Shown here in pieces: positions 15,918 to 26,288 of a stretch of 45,034 nucleotides of DNA. A program made the position numbers and the translations under genes. The stretch comes from a virus. Below the pieces are notes generated by a model. The model was not told the DNA's origin, did no database searches, and worked only from the letters and a program-made list of their open reading frames with translations. The stretch's first letter is position 1; every line of letters begins with the position of its first letter. The stretch is taken from the IMG/VR virus record IMGVR_UViG_3300045988_055078, positions 1 to 45,034 of that record, one strand, 5' to 3'.

Positions 15918-16469
15918 TCAGTTCATATTGCCCACCAACTCCACATAAATCCCTACCAGGGCACTAAGGGCGTGGTATACGGGGTTCCCCGTGTCCCTTG
16001 TACACTTGTACAGCACGCCGCCCTGCGTGTAATACTTGCCGTTTTGCAGCGCCATGTTGCCATTGTAGGGGATGGGATCGTACTGCGTCCCGTCGTGGGA
16101 TTCACAGATTTCCTCCCAGAGACTTTCTGTGCCGGTTTCGCCGGGCGCCCAGTTATCCTGGGAAGTATGTTCCTGGCGGAGCTTCCAAAGGCGGTCGTTG
16201 CGGGTTGCTTTATAGCCAACCGGGCAGCCATTGGCGGAGGTGTAGGCCTTGCCCGATTCCCACTCCGGATAAAAGGCAATCATCCGCAAAGCCGTTGCGT
16301 CGTCCACGGAAAGCGCATTGATTTGCTGGCGGATGAGCATTTCGCTCACCTCGCCGATTGTGAGAGGACGGTGCCTTTCTTTTGCATCATAACGGGCCTG
16401 TGCTTCTTCCATTTCAGCGATTTCTTCGGCGGTCATTTCGCGGATTACGCCGTTTTCGTAGATTTTCAC
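15918..16469 (-). CDS. Tail-fibre-associated protein with CBM5/12-like carbohydrate-binding motif
   Basis: WESGKAYTSANG..LWKLRQEHTSQDNWAPGETGTESLWEEI resembles the chitin-binding type-3 signature. Lies between the fibre and the holin. Confidence 0.5.
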   Translation of the reverse strand: MKIYENGVIREMTAEEIAEMEEAQARYDAKERHRPLTIGEVSEMLIRQQINALSVDDATALRMIAFYPEWESGKAYTSANGCPVGYKATRNDRLWKLRQEHTSQDNWAPGETGTESLWEEICESHDGTQYDPIPYNGNMALQNGKYYTQGGVLYKCTRDTGNPVYHALSALVGIYVELVGNMN

Positions 16470-16473
16470 ACGC

Positions 16474-17979
16474 TCACCTCGCTAATATTTTTAACTTTGT
16501 ACCACTTGGCATTTCTGGCACAATCCTAAATACTGACCCGATTTGCCCTCGCGGCTTTGCTTGAGTACAAACATTAGTTTGCTGCCCGACACCGCTTGAG
16601 GGTCCAAAAGCGATGATTGAATTGACAATATTGCCGTCTCTGTCGAGCCAAGCATGCGCGGTATATCGCCACGGGTAAGCAGTCGAGCCTAGCTGTGCAT
16701 AATATAATCCAGCAGTGGATATTGGTGATTCTGAGCCTTGACCAGGTATCACGGCATCTACCTTCGGCATTTCAAATTGTACAACGACTTCGGAATAGCC
16801 TATAAGAGACACCGATTGACTGATTGACGCTGCTACTGTAAGTGTCAAATCTACAAGGGTTATCCAATCGCCACCACCGCCTCCAGGCATATCCACCGGC
16901 TCCCACTTGGTCGGCTTGCCGGATGCGTCCACGGCGGCAATCTTGGCGATCTGTCCGACCGACGCGCCGGTGATGTCCATGCCCGCGCCATCCTTACCGG
17001 CGGGGCCTTGTGGGCCGGTATCGCCCTTTGCACCAGTCGCACCACGCGACGGCTTGCCGGTGTCGGTATCGCCCAGATACCAGTTTCCATTGTCGCCGAT
17101 GGTAGGCGTGATGCCGTCCACGCCCGCGGGGGTGACATCGGCCCAGTCGTAATAGCGTATGTTGGAAAATCTGGGGCTTACCTCGAAGCAAGAAAACTGC
17201 AATTGGGTGGAATTATTCACCGTTATTCGGCGGAAAGCTGTGTAATAGGTGCTCGTGGCAGGCTCTGAGTTGCAATAATAGTAATAGCCACCATACAGCA
17301 GAATTGTGGTTTTGTATTGCGCCTCAGTAATCAGAGTGTCGGTATTGTAATCGGATAGCGTCAATAAATTATTGTCGCCTTCAACCACTTTTACGATACG
17401 GGCGGCGGGGGTGACACCCCATCGATAGCCACCGTTTTCGGTGTCATATTCCACGCCCAAAACTCTATAGCAGTCTGCATATGATACCTCCGGCAGCTCC
17501 GATCCGCCCATTGCCACGTCCCCCCAGCTCCGGCCTCCCTTGCCGTCGGTAAGCAGTGCCTGACCCGCTGTGCCGTCCTTAGACGGCTCGGATATCTTCC
17601 TAGACAGCTGGGACACCAGCTGCGCGTACACGTCCGCAGGAGGCTCCACGGGCACACCGGAGGCGTCCCGGGCGCTGGGGAGGCATACGAACATCGCGCC
17701 GGTGGTGGTGCGGACGTCCCCGGCCATCAGACCGATGACGCACCGCCGGGTATTGTAGAGGGCCGGAAGCTCTGCGTCCGTGCCGGTAAACTGGACGGTG
17801 TACGGGTTCGGAGAATTGTCCACCCGGACCAGCATGGTTTTTTCGTTGTACTCCGCCCACTCGTCATCCAGGTCCCAGTGGACGGTATAATCGCTGTTTC
17901 CGCAGACGATGTAGGTGTCGTCCCCGGTGGCGATTTTCTGCCGGACGGTAATGTTTTTGACCTTGTAAGTATTAGCCAT
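16474..17979 (-). CDS. Tail fibre / receptor-binding protein with collagen-like Gly-X-Y stretch
   Basis: GKPSRGATGAKGDTGPQGPAGKDGAG. Its position follows the baseplate genes. Confidence 0.75.
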   Translation of the reverse strand: MANTYKVKNITVRQKIATGDDTYIVCGNSDYTVHWDLDDEWAEYNEKTMLVRVDNSPNPYTVQFTGTDAELPALYNTRRCVIGLMAGDVRTTTGAMFVCLPSARDASGVPVEPPADVYAQLVSQLSRKISEPSKDGTAGQALLTDGKGGRSWGDVAMGGSELPEVSYADCYRVLGVEYDTENGGYRWGVTPAARIVKVVEGDNNLLTLSDYNTDTLITEAQYKTTILLYGGYYYYCNSEPATSTYYTAFRRITVNNSTQLQFSCFEVSPRFSNIRYYDWADVTPAGVDGITPTIGDNGNWYLGDTDTGKPSRGATGAKGDTGPQGPAGKDGAGMDITGASVGQIAKIAAVDASGKPTKWEPVDMPGGGGGDWITLVDLTLTVAASISQSVSLIGYSEVVVQFEMPKVDAVIPGQGSESPISTAGLYYAQLGSTAYPWRYTAHAWLDRDGNIVNSIIAFGPSSGVGQQTNVCTQAKPRGQIGSVFRIVPEMPSGTKLKILAR

Positions 17980-18256
17980 CTTTCGATCCTTCCTCGTGCG
18001 CCGCCTCGTTCAGGTGCTTTTCCAGCCGGTTCAGCGCGTCCTTGCACGGGCCGTTGCAGCCGTTTTCGATCAGCCCCTGCAAGGCACCCTTCAATCCGTA
18101 GCAGATCAGCGTCTGCTCCTTTTGGATTTTGCGGATGATCTTGCTCTGCTCCTTGTCATGTTGGATGAACTTGACAAAGGTTGCAATCAGCCCCGCCAGG
18201 CAGCCGAGAGACCCGACTACCTCAGCCGCTTTGATGATAATTTCGATGATATCCAT
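17972..18256 (-). CDS. Small membrane-anchored protein (94 aa)
   Basis: N-terminal hydrophobic AEVVGSLGCLAGLIATFV. Overlapping start and stop with its neighbours. Confidence 0.5.
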   Translation of the reverse strand: MDIIEIIIKAAEVVGSLGCLAGLIATFVKFIQHDKEQSKIIRKIQKEQTLICYGLKGALQGLIENGCNGPCKDALNRLEKHLNEAAHEEGSKDG

Positions 18257-18271
18257 GCGTTTTATCTATCC

Positions 18272-19996
18272 TCACTTCCACCGGCCAATGGCCAGAAAAT
18301 GCACCTGCACACCGGACACGGCTTGCGCGTTGGGCCGGATCAGCGCCACTTTCCCGGTATTTGCTGCGGTGGGGCTGGTGTAGTTTCCTAAGCCGCTACC
18401 CCACGGGTTGCTCACCTCCCGCAGCATATGCGGCGGCGCAACGAACTTAAACGGGAACGCCTCGCCAGAGGTGATGGTGCCGGAATACCAGCTGCCCCAT
18501 GCCGTGAAATCAGACTGCGCAATATTGACGGCATCCGTGCTGCCCCAGCACACCGCCAGGCCGCTGGCATATTTGCGATAGGTCCAGATGCCAGAGGTAC
18601 CGGAATCCGTCATGGCGTCCTGCTCCACGCCTGCCAGCAGGAATGCGACGTTGATGTTGAATTTATCCTTGCCCCAGTTGGCGATGGGGACGCCAGCCAT
18701 GATGCGGCCCGTGACCGTCTTGGATTGCAGCAGGTCCACGGCTTCTACGTCGATGCTGTAGTCATTGCGATAATCCAGATCGGCAATGTCCACCGTGCAG
18801 CTATAGGTATTGCCGCTGATCGTCGGAGCGATGGCCGTCCAGTCATCCGCCCCACTTAGCTTGTAATGCAGCAGCAGGGTATTGACCGAAAGTCCAAAAT
18901 TGCCATTGAACCACTGGCCGGAAATCTCAAGCCGCCCAGAATTGGCAGCCGGATTTGGACGGTAGGCCTTCATAATATTGCACGTCAAACCGATATATGA
19001 GACCAACGCCTTTTCGACGGTTTTCTGCGTGGTGTATCCACGGCTGTCTGTCGCCGCGAAGGTCACCTTGTTGGTGTTGACGTTGGCAATGGTGTAGGTC
19101 GTACCGCCGACGGGGAACGACGTCCCGAGGATCGTTTTCTGCTTGATCGTCGCGCTGTTTTTCGCCGTCGCCGTAAAGGTGCCGGATGCCGTGGAGCAGT
19201 ACCGCACCAGCGTGTCAGCGTCGCCCGTCAGCGCCAGCGTCGCCTCGTTGGTGTCCTGCACGGTGGCCGTGATATCCGGGGCGCACAAGGCCGGGGAAGC
19301 CGTCACGGTAAACGTTGTGGTTTTCGCGTCGCCGATCTTTGTATTTCCGGAATAGGTTGTACAGGTCAGCGTACACTTTCCGGTTGCCGCATTGGGAATC
19401 TGCGCATAAAATCTGTCCGGCACCGCAAACAGAATTGTCGTATTGGACAGTTTGACCGCCGAAGAAACCGGATTGCCGGAACCGTCGATGTACCCGGTCA
19501 GGCTGCCAAACTTGTACTGGATCGTGTGCGTAAAGGCAGATGCTTTGCGGTTGACCACCACGGTGGACCGGCTACCGATGTTGGCGTCCGTGGCCGCGAT
19601 GGTGGACGCCCGAGGGATCGGCGGCAGGGTGATGCTCTGCTCACCGCTGATCGTGCCGATGTAGGTCCCGGAATATGTGACATTCAGCCGCTCGGAACCG
19701 CCGATCTTACCGGACCATGTGCCGTCCGCATTGTGGGTGACGGTGACCGTCTTGGTGCCAAGATGCACCGTGCCGCCGCTGGAATCGTAGATAGCCGGGC
19801 CGGTCCAAGTTACCTTGTTGCGGCCGACCCAAACGGAGCAGTCATCCGTACCGGCCCCGACTTGCAGGCCGCCGTGGTGCAGGTACAGTTTGATGGTCAC
19901 CGGGGTGGTGTTCTTCTCGATACTGTATTGCCCGATGGTGTAATCAACAATCAGATATAGGGAAGAAAACTGAGTTTTTACGTTAAAGGACGGCAT
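18272..19996 (-). CDS. Minor structural / baseplate-fibre protein (574 aa, beta-rich)
   Basis: Thr/Ser/Gly-rich beta-type sequence. Lies directly after the Tal-like gene. Family not identifiable without a search. Confidence 0.65.
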   Translation of the reverse strand: MPSFNVKTQFSSLYLIVDYTIGQYSIEKNTTPVTIKLYLHHGGLQVGAGTDDCSVWVGRNKVTWTGPAIYDSSGGTVHLGTKTVTVTHNADGTWSGKIGGSERLNVTYSGTYIGTISGEQSITLPPIPRASTIAATDANIGSRSTVVVNRKASAFTHTIQYKFGSLTGYIDGSGNPVSSAVKLSNTTILFAVPDRFYAQIPNAATGKCTLTCTTYSGNTKIGDAKTTTFTVTASPALCAPDITATVQDTNEATLALTGDADTLVRYCSTASGTFTATAKNSATIKQKTILGTSFPVGGTTYTIANVNTNKVTFAATDSRGYTTQKTVEKALVSYIGLTCNIMKAYRPNPAANSGRLEISGQWFNGNFGLSVNTLLLHYKLSGADDWTAIAPTISGNTYSCTVDIADLDYRNDYSIDVEAVDLLQSKTVTGRIMAGVPIANWGKDKFNINVAFLLAGVEQDAMTDSGTSGIWTYRKYASGLAVCWGSTDAVNIAQSDFTAWGSWYSGTITSGEAFPFKFVAPPHMLREVSNPWGSGLGNYTSPTAANTGKVALIRPNAQAVSGVQVHFLAIGRWK

Positions 19997-21408
19997 TAGA
20001 CGATCTCACCTCCCACATAGAATAGGGCCGTTTCGTTTCCGCCGTAGTCCTCAAGCCGGGAATTGTTGCCGATAATCAGATAATTTCGGACCTTGACGTC
20101 GGTAGCAATGACACCGTCGGAATTGGCGACCAGCATTGGATCATCACCGCGCATGACGTAGGTGCCGTCATACTTGATGGTAGTGGAAATGTCCTGATCC
20201 GACTGGGAGACGCGGAAACCGTCAGCGTTAAAGGTGTAGCCGTTGGAGGTGGTGACCTTATCAACGCCGTTATCGATAATCCTCTGTACCTGGATTGTCG
20301 CGCCTTCCACAGTCATTTCGAGACTGGTCAGACGGCCTTCGGCATCCCGGTTTTCAACCTTTAGCCCGTCGATGTCTTTTTTGATGGATAAAATTTTACC
20401 AGGAATGTTCTTGTATTCCTCTGAAGCCACCGCAGCCTTATCTGCATAGTTTTCATCGCCTGTGCTTGTCAGTGCCGTTCCGGACGAATCCATATGCACT
20501 TGCATGACATAGGTGGTTGACACATTGCCGGAAGCGTCCGTTATCGTGATGATATCACCAGGATTTACAACGCCGGTGCGCTTCACCGCACATTCCAACG
20601 GAACATAGGAAATACCTTTGAGTTTATTATACAACGATTCAGCGATAGTCAGCAACGTCTCTTTCCCCAACTGCGCCGCCAATCCGTTTTGGGAGATTGC
20701 AAAAACATTTCCATCCGCATTTTGCGGGTAAATAACACCAATATCGTCAGTTTCCTGCTTGAATTGAACCCTTTGAATGTTCTGCGTGTAGTAGTCTTTC
20801 CTATTCAGGCTGTCCAGCATATATTGCAGGGTGGATTCCTTGTCAAGCGCAGAAACCGTCACATCGGACTGCTTGTACCACGCGAATTGCAACAGACCAT
20901 CCTCTGTACAGGAAACAAAGCATCCCGCCAACTGCGCCGCCCAGCTTACAATCTGTCTGGAAGTGACACCGTCCGCGTAAAACGCCTGCAACTCCAAATC
21001 TTCGTGGTCGAAACTCGCGGGAACCATGGTGACACCGGCAATTTCGCAAGCGTACCCAACCAGAGTGCGTACCGTCATTGGAAAAAGCGCCTGGTTGTTT
21101 GACAGCCATTCCGAAAAATCGACAGCCAACTTCGCTTTACTGTCGTACGCTGTGAACCGGCAAGACGTCTTGGAGGCAATCGTCGGAGGCTCCGCGTAAA
21201 AGATGCCCTTGACCGTTTCTACGTCGTCTTCGACCTGAATATACTGTAGCCGGTCACCGGCGGTGACGGTGGCACCCGATAGAAACATTTCAACTTCAAT
21301 GGATGCCGCCGTCGTATCACCGACGGATAAATTTGTTTCGCTATTGCATTCTGCCGTGTATTTTAAGGCAATAATGGAGGAAGAATCAATGACGGTGCCG
21401 CCTTCCAT
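19996..21408 (-). CDS. Tail-associated (Tal-like) baseplate protein
   Basis: 470 aa. Position is Dit-like, then this gene, then fibres, downstream of the tape measure. Confidence 0.65.
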   Translation of the reverse strand: MEGGTVIDSSSIIALKYTAECNSETNLSVGDTTAASIEVEMFLSGATVTAGDRLQYIQVEDDVETVKGIFYAEPPTIASKTSCRFTAYDSKAKLAVDFSEWLSNNQALFPMTVRTLVGYACEIAGVTMVPASFDHEDLELQAFYADGVTSRQIVSWAAQLAGCFVSCTEDGLLQFAWYKQSDVTVSALDKESTLQYMLDSLNRKDYYTQNIQRVQFKQETDDIGVIYPQNADGNVFAISQNGLAAQLGKETLLTIAESLYNKLKGISYVPLECAVKRTGVVNPGDIITITDASGNVSTTYVMQVHMDSSGTALTSTGDENYADKAAVASEEYKNIPGKILSIKKDIDGLKVENRDAEGRLTSLEMTVEGATIQVQRIIDNGVDKVTTSNGYTFNADGFRVSQSDQDISTTIKYDGTYVMRGDDPMLVANSDGVIATDVKVRNYLIIGNNSRLEDYGGNETALFYVGGEIV

Positions 21409-21449
21409 GACAAGCTTATTCTGTAAGATAGGTCATTCCTCCCTCTCCA

Positions 21450-21824
21450 TTATTTTTCAATGACATTGATGCTGATATCAGTATATATCGTCTCTCCGAA
21501 TGCGTATGTGTATACATTATAGGAGCAGTTCGACGCATAGGCGTTCATTGTGATGGTCTGCCCTCGATCTGGAAACGTGAATGAGAACTCCTTCCCCTGC
21601 ATCAAATTAAAGATGAAGTTCAGTTCCGTTTCCGTCATTGCTTTCCATTTCAGATTCACCTTCCGGACGTCACGGCGGACCCAATCGATATGGATCACGC
21701 CGTCTTCCGTCCGCCCGCTGCTGGACCCTGCAATATTCTCATGCTGGATAGTGATTCCGTTGCTCGGCTCATAGATGGCCGTGGAGCCAACCTTCCACCG
21801 GCTATCAATTTTATTGATTGTCAC
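21450..21824 (-). CDS. Distal tail protein-like (124 aa)
   Basis: Immediately follows the tape measure gene. Call is by synteny only. Confidence 0.5.
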   Translation of the reverse strand: MTINKIDSRWKVGSTAIYEPSNGITIQHENIAGSSSGRTEDGVIHIDWVRRDVRKVNLKWKAMTETELNFIFNLMQGKEFSFTFPDRGQTITMNAYASNCSYNVYTYAFGETIYTDISINVIEK

Positions 21825-21842
21825 TGGCGGTACCTCCTAGCA

Positions 21843-24800
21843 TCAAAAATCCAGCAGCGGGTTTCGCCCGGTTCTGACCGTTTCGCTTCGTGCCTGCTCG
21901 ACCACAACCTCAAACAGCGTCTTCCCGTTCACCTTTGCGGTTACGACTTGGCCGCCGCCGTTTCTGCCGCCGCCTTCGCCCATGGCTGCTGCAACCGCAC
22001 GGTAGACGCCATCGGAAACAGCTTCTACGATCTGGTCGTTGTTTGCGACGGCTGTTCTTCCGCCAATGGAACCGACCATTTCGGGGCCGGCCTCTCGCGC
22101 GACAAACAGCTGCCCTGCATCCAGGAAGCCGCCGTCCTTCAGGTACGGTATTTGCGGTACGGAGATATTGGATAGGTTACGGAACGGGCGAATGCCAAGA
22201 ATCGTAGCAGCACGAAGTTTGGAAAGCGCATAGTTAATTCCATTGAACGGCACAGCCACTACATTATTTATGCCGCTAATCAACTTGTTCACAACATACT
22301 TGAACGCAGTGAGAATTCCGTCTCTGATATTTGCGAAAATTTCGCCACCAATGGAAAATACCTTTACGACTCCGGCCCACGCTTTGGAGAACGTGTCCTT
22401 GAAGAAAGACGCCACATTGCTGAAGACTTGTTTCACCGCCGACCATGCCGTCTTGGCACCACTAACAAAGCCGTTCCAAGCGCCGGTAAAGGCCTGAGAA
22501 AGCGGATGAATTACAGTCGAATTGAACCATGCGGCAGCTTTGCCCCATATGGCCTTCGTGATATCCCATAAGCCGGAAATCAATACCCCAACGTTGTGAA
22601 ACACATCCTTGGTTGTTTTCCATATGCTCCCAAGCAGAGATGCAACCCAGTTTACAGCAGGGGAAAAGACTTCTTTTATTTTTGCCCATGCCGCAACAGC
22701 AGGCGCAGTGATGTTGTTCCATGTGTTGACTGCCCATTCGGATATGCTCGACCACAGACCGGAGAAAAAGTCGGCTATTGGGATAATGACGTTGTCGTTG
22801 AACCAATTCCCCGCCTTCGCAAACAGCGCTTTGACGTCATCCCATTTAACAACAATGACGGTTGCAAGGGCGGCAACTGCTGCGACGGCAGCGGGGATCC
22901 ATGAGCCTGTCACAAGGGAAATTCCGGCTCCAATTGCCAAAATTCCAACAGAAAGCGCAGCCAAAGCTTGGTCGGTCAGCGTTCCGGTCTCGATGAATTC
23001 CTTCATCGACGCAACAACCATACCGAAGCCGGAAACAATAAAACCGACAGCTGCGCCGATTGGGCCAAATGCCACGGCCAGACCGCCTATGGCTGCGGTT
23101 GCACCAAGAATCATTCCGGTCAAATTATTCCAATCGATTCCGTTCTGAAAAGCCGTCCACCAATTTGTCGCGTATTCTATCGCGCCGCCCACTGTGAGCG
23201 CAATCCCTGCAATTTTGGTAAAATCCGACGTGAACGCTCCCACGATTCTCCATGTAAGGAACGCCGCGCCCACTGCCAACGCAACATTCTTGATGTCATC
23301 CAGATGATCGATGACCCATGTCACGAACGGTTCCAGCTTTGCTCTGATCTTATCGACATTCCCAGAGATAGCATCGCCGAGGAAATCGTAGCTAATCGGA
23401 TCGATGTCAAATCCTCCACCACCGGCGCTAACGCCAGAGCCACTACCGCCGGAAGAAGCGTCCGGAAGGACATTCAGCTCATCGAACGGAGCCAGATAGG
23501 CGCTCAGCTTTTTGGCTGCACCGGCAGCTCCATCCATGTTATCCTCAATGGCGCCGGAGCCAGATACCGCAGAACCAATGGATTTCTTCCAATCCGGCGT
23601 TTGCAGTGTTACGCCGAACAGGCTAGCAATCGCCGTGATGATCTCACGGATTGCTTGCGCCACCGCGATACACACTGGCAGCACATTTGTCAAAATCGGA
23701 ATGAAAATATTCCCGATTTCTCGTGCGACAAGTTCAAGTTGCGCACGAAGAATCCGTAGCATATTGGCCGGGTTCTCCAGCGTCCGTGCCATGTCACCCT
23801 GTGCGGCAGTGACCTGGGTCAGAATCGCGTGATACCGCAGCTGGGATTTCTCTGCCTGCGTCATGTCCGAAACGCTCTTTTCGATGCCGAGGTTCAACGC
23901 CTCCTGTTGCAGTCTGGCGACTGACAAGTCGTAACCTAGGTTTCGGAGTGGTTCCAATTCGCCGGAAATGCCAGACTGTACTTTCTGCATTGCCTCTGTC
24001 ACGCCGATGTTGTAGAAGGAAGACAGGTCGTAGCCGAGCTGTGTCAGGTTCTGGGACATGATTGCGGCCTTATCCGCTGCCACGCCGAAACCTGTGATGA
24101 TTGTGTTGAACACGCCCTGCTTCTGCATCCATTCCGCAGGATCAATACCCATGACGGCAGAAACCTTTTGTGCGTATTCGTAGGCCGCCTGTCCATAATC
24201 GCCCATAGAGACGGTAAACAGGTTCAGCGTTTCCTGGTACTCAGAGGCACGATCAATTGCACTGCCTAACAATCGTCCGATACGCATCAATGTGGCAACA
24301 GAAAAAACGCGCTGAATCAGGCCGAAACTATTCGCCCACGATTGGTTTCTACCAGTAGATTTGGACACGGTCTGGTTATACTTTTCCGTTGTCGTGATAA
24401 GTTTCTGTATCCGGATCGGAAGCGCCGAAAACCCGTTGGAAACTTTCTGCATTTCATCCGCGAACGGTTTCATCGCCGATGCTAAATCCTGCATTTGCTG
24501 TGAGAACTTGCCCATATCGGTATTGTCCAGCTCCTGCATAATCACCGGCAGCTTTTCAAGCTGTTTGGTAAAAGAGGACAGATTGGACCTACCAATCTCA
24601 GACAATGGATGCAACCCGTCAGCAAGTGCCGTCAATTTGCTGCTGGTTGTTTCATCTATGCCGCTGATCGCCTGATTGATCGCGGAAAGCTGATTGCCGA
24701 TGGAAGACGAGATTTTCAGATTCCCTACTTTTGATTGCATCTGGTCAATGGACGCGCCGATCTGCTGCATTTTGATCTGAAAGCTACCAGTATTTATCCC

Positions 24801-25007
24801 ATTAAGCGTCTTATTGATAGACGCGATTCCTTGCGCGACGTTGGAAAGAGACTTTGCTGATCCGCTTGTGGCAGACCGCAGCTTCTTCAGATCATCGGCA
24901 AGGGCCAGTAACCCTTTGGATGCGTCGGCACTGTCGTTCGTGATTTGGAACTGAATGCCCTGCATTTCTACGTTATCCGCCGTTTTTCTCACCTCCCGCT
25001 TTCTCAA
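21843..25007 (-). CDS. Tail tape measure protein
   Basis: 1054 aa. Helical N-terminus, core ..MSQNLTQLGYDLSSFYN..ELEPLRNLGYDL.., Gly/Ala-rich TM-like central region. Exact start uncertain (TTG 25007 or ATG 24965). Confidence 0.9.
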   Translation of the reverse strand: MRKREVRKTADNVEMQGIQFQITNDSADASKGLLALADDLKKLRSATSGSAKSLSNVAQGIASINKTLNGINTGSFQIKMQQIGASIDQMQSKVGNLKISSSIGNQLSAINQAISGIDETTSSKLTALADGLHPLSEIGRSNLSSFTKQLEKLPVIMQELDNTDMGKFSQQMQDLASAMKPFADEMQKVSNGFSALPIRIQKLITTTEKYNQTVSKSTGRNQSWANSFGLIQRVFSVATLMRIGRLLGSAIDRASEYQETLNLFTVSMGDYGQAAYEYAQKVSAVMGIDPAEWMQKQGVFNTIITGFGVAADKAAIMSQNLTQLGYDLSSFYNIGVTEAMQKVQSGISGELEPLRNLGYDLSVARLQQEALNLGIEKSVSDMTQAEKSQLRYHAILTQVTAAQGDMARTLENPANMLRILRAQLELVAREIGNIFIPILTNVLPVCIAVAQAIREIITAIASLFGVTLQTPDWKKSIGSAVSGSGAIEDNMDGAAGAAKKLSAYLAPFDELNVLPDASSGGSGSGVSAGGGGFDIDPISYDFLGDAISGNVDKIRAKLEPFVTWVIDHLDDIKNVALAVGAAFLTWRIVGAFTSDFTKIAGIALTVGGAIEYATNWWTAFQNGIDWNNLTGMILGATAAIGGLAVAFGPIGAAVGFIVSGFGMVVASMKEFIETGTLTDQALAALSVGILAIGAGISLVTGSWIPAAVAAVAALATVIVVKWDDVKALFAKAGNWFNDNVIIPIADFFSGLWSSISEWAVNTWNNITAPAVAAWAKIKEVFSPAVNWVASLLGSIWKTTKDVFHNVGVLISGLWDITKAIWGKAAAWFNSTVIHPLSQAFTGAWNGFVSGAKTAWSAVKQVFSNVASFFKDTFSKAWAGVVKVFSIGGEIFANIRDGILTAFKYVVNKLISGINNVVAVPFNGINYALSKLRAATILGIRPFRNLSNISVPQIPYLKDGGFLDAGQLFVAREAGPEMVGSIGGRTAVANNDQIVEAVSDGVYRAVAAAMGEGGGRNGGGQVVTAKVNGKTLFEVVVEQARSETVRTGRNPLLDF

Positions 25008-25470
25008 ATCTTTTGTTGATAGAAACCATCATCATTTCCATGATTTGTTTTGCTTTATTGTCGTTTTTTTGCTGAGGCGTCTCGGCCACTTTGGAAGGAG
25101 AAGTAGTCTGATGCGTATTTCCGTAAAGCCCGATAGGACGATCTCTGTACGGAAGCGGCTTTGTGCCTTTTTTAGCGAAATCGTGCAAAACTGGGGAGGC
25201 GTCAAGAATCGCTTCATAAATATAAGCGCCCTGAACCCACAGGTCCTGTTCCCGCAACTCCTGCTTTAGGCGGAATGCCTCGCGGTACGCCTTTACGAGC
25301 CACACATCCTGTTCCCAAAACTGCTCGTAGGTCATGCCAATGGTCAGATATTGTGGGAATGCCTTTTTGAATGCCTCAGTGTAAGCAAAACGGGGGATGG
25401 GGTCGTCCCCATCCCCCTCCTTATCGGGAAGAAGCTCGCTTACTCCTCTACTTCCCAGCCCGGGTTTTTT
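24973..25470 (-). CDS. Tail assembly chaperone T-part, expressed as G-T fusion by -1 frameshift
   Basis: The -1 frame is open from the slippery site at 25470 through the annotated ORF 24973..25335 with no stop. Confidence 0.7.
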   Translation of the reverse strand, partial: KKPGLGSRGVSELLPDKEGDGDDPIPRFAYTEAFKKAFPQYLTIGMTYEQFWEQDVWLVKAYREAFRLKQELREQDLWVQGAYIYEAILDASPVLHDFAKKGTKPLPYRDRPIGLYGNTHQTTSPSKVAETPQQKNDNKAKQIMEMMMVSINKRFEKAGGEKNGG

Positions 25471-25778
25471 GCGTCTTCGCCGTCGTCCTCGTCACCCAGC
25501 AGCGACGCATATGTCTCGTAGTACATCTCGATCAGCTTATTGATAAGCTCCGCGCGGTTGCTCAGTCCGGCAAAAATCTTATCGATCGTCTCGGTCTTCA
25601 CCTTGTCGTGATTGGCAAGGAATGCACCCCGGAACAGCATGGGGATCATGGTGACCGGTTTGTCGGTGACTTCACTGATGACAAAGCCGTTCCGCTCCAG
25701 AATGGATGCGGTCTTTCGGGTGAACTCCAGTGCGTACTTCTTACCGTTGATCGGACTGGTAACATTGATTTTAGCCAT
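25440..25778 (-). CDS. Tail assembly chaperone (G-like)
   Basis: 112 aa, acidic C-terminus, between the major tail protein and the tape measure. Confidence 0.8.
   Translation of the reverse strand: MAKINVTSPINGKKYALEFTRKTASILERNGFVISEVTDKPVTMIPMLFRGAFLANHDKVKTETIDKIFAGLSNRAELINKLIEMYYETYASLLGDEDDGEDAKNPGWEVEE
25464..25470 (-). other. -1 programmed ribosomal frameshift slippery heptamer A_AAA_AAC
   Basis: GCA AAA AAC in the zero frame, 8 codons before the chaperone stop. Confidence 0.7.
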
Positions 25779-25831
25779 TGCTAATTCCTCCTAAGTAATG
25801 TGCGGCATTGTTATTGCACGCGGTTCAAATG

Positions 25832-26263
25832 TTATTCCGTCTTCAGGGTGATCGGGGTAGACGGAGCGATGGAAATATTCATGCTCACAACTTCGTTGAC
25901 GCCGCCGCCGGTGGGATAGGCGGTCAGCTGGCCGCTGAACTCAAACTTTCCGTCAGCGCCAGACGGCGTCAGAGTACCGCCGGATTCCGTACCGCCAAAC
26001 CAAACTGCGTAGTCTTCGGTCTTACCTTCCAGCGCGACCAGCTTCTGGTAGTCCGCCAGGGTGTAGTTCGCTGTGAAACTCATCGCATCCAGAGACTGAA
26101 TACCGGCGATAAAGGTCTGCATTTTGTCAGACAGCGTGGTGGTTTCCAGCATTTCCGGATCGCCGCCGAGATCAGGGAACTCCTTGATGTCAATCAGCTT
26201 CTCGTAGGTGGTGCCAGAGGTTCCCTTCTTCATGAGGAAAACCTTATAGGTGGAGATAGCCAT
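25832..26263 (-). CDS. Major tail protein
   Basis: 143 aa, MAISTYKVFLMKKG..YEKLIDIKEFPDLGGDPEMLETTTLSD (TP901-1/phi13-like pattern). Synteny agrees. Confidence 0.8.
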   Translation of the reverse strand: MAISTYKVFLMKKGTSGTTYEKLIDIKEFPDLGGDPEMLETTTLSDKMQTFIAGIQSLDAMSFTANYTLADYQKLVALEGKTEDYAVWFGGTESGGTLTPSGADGKFEFSGQLTAYPTGGGVNEVVSMNISIAPSTPITLKTE

Positions 26264-26288
26264 GCTCTATATAACTCCTTTCGTAAAA

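Noticed and set aside
16474-19996. Possibility of a diversity-generating retroelement or shufflon acting on the fibre genes
   Set aside because: No reverse transcriptase or invertase gene is present in the window. I found no template/variable repeat pair. The Gly-X-Y stretch is an ordinary collagen-like motif.
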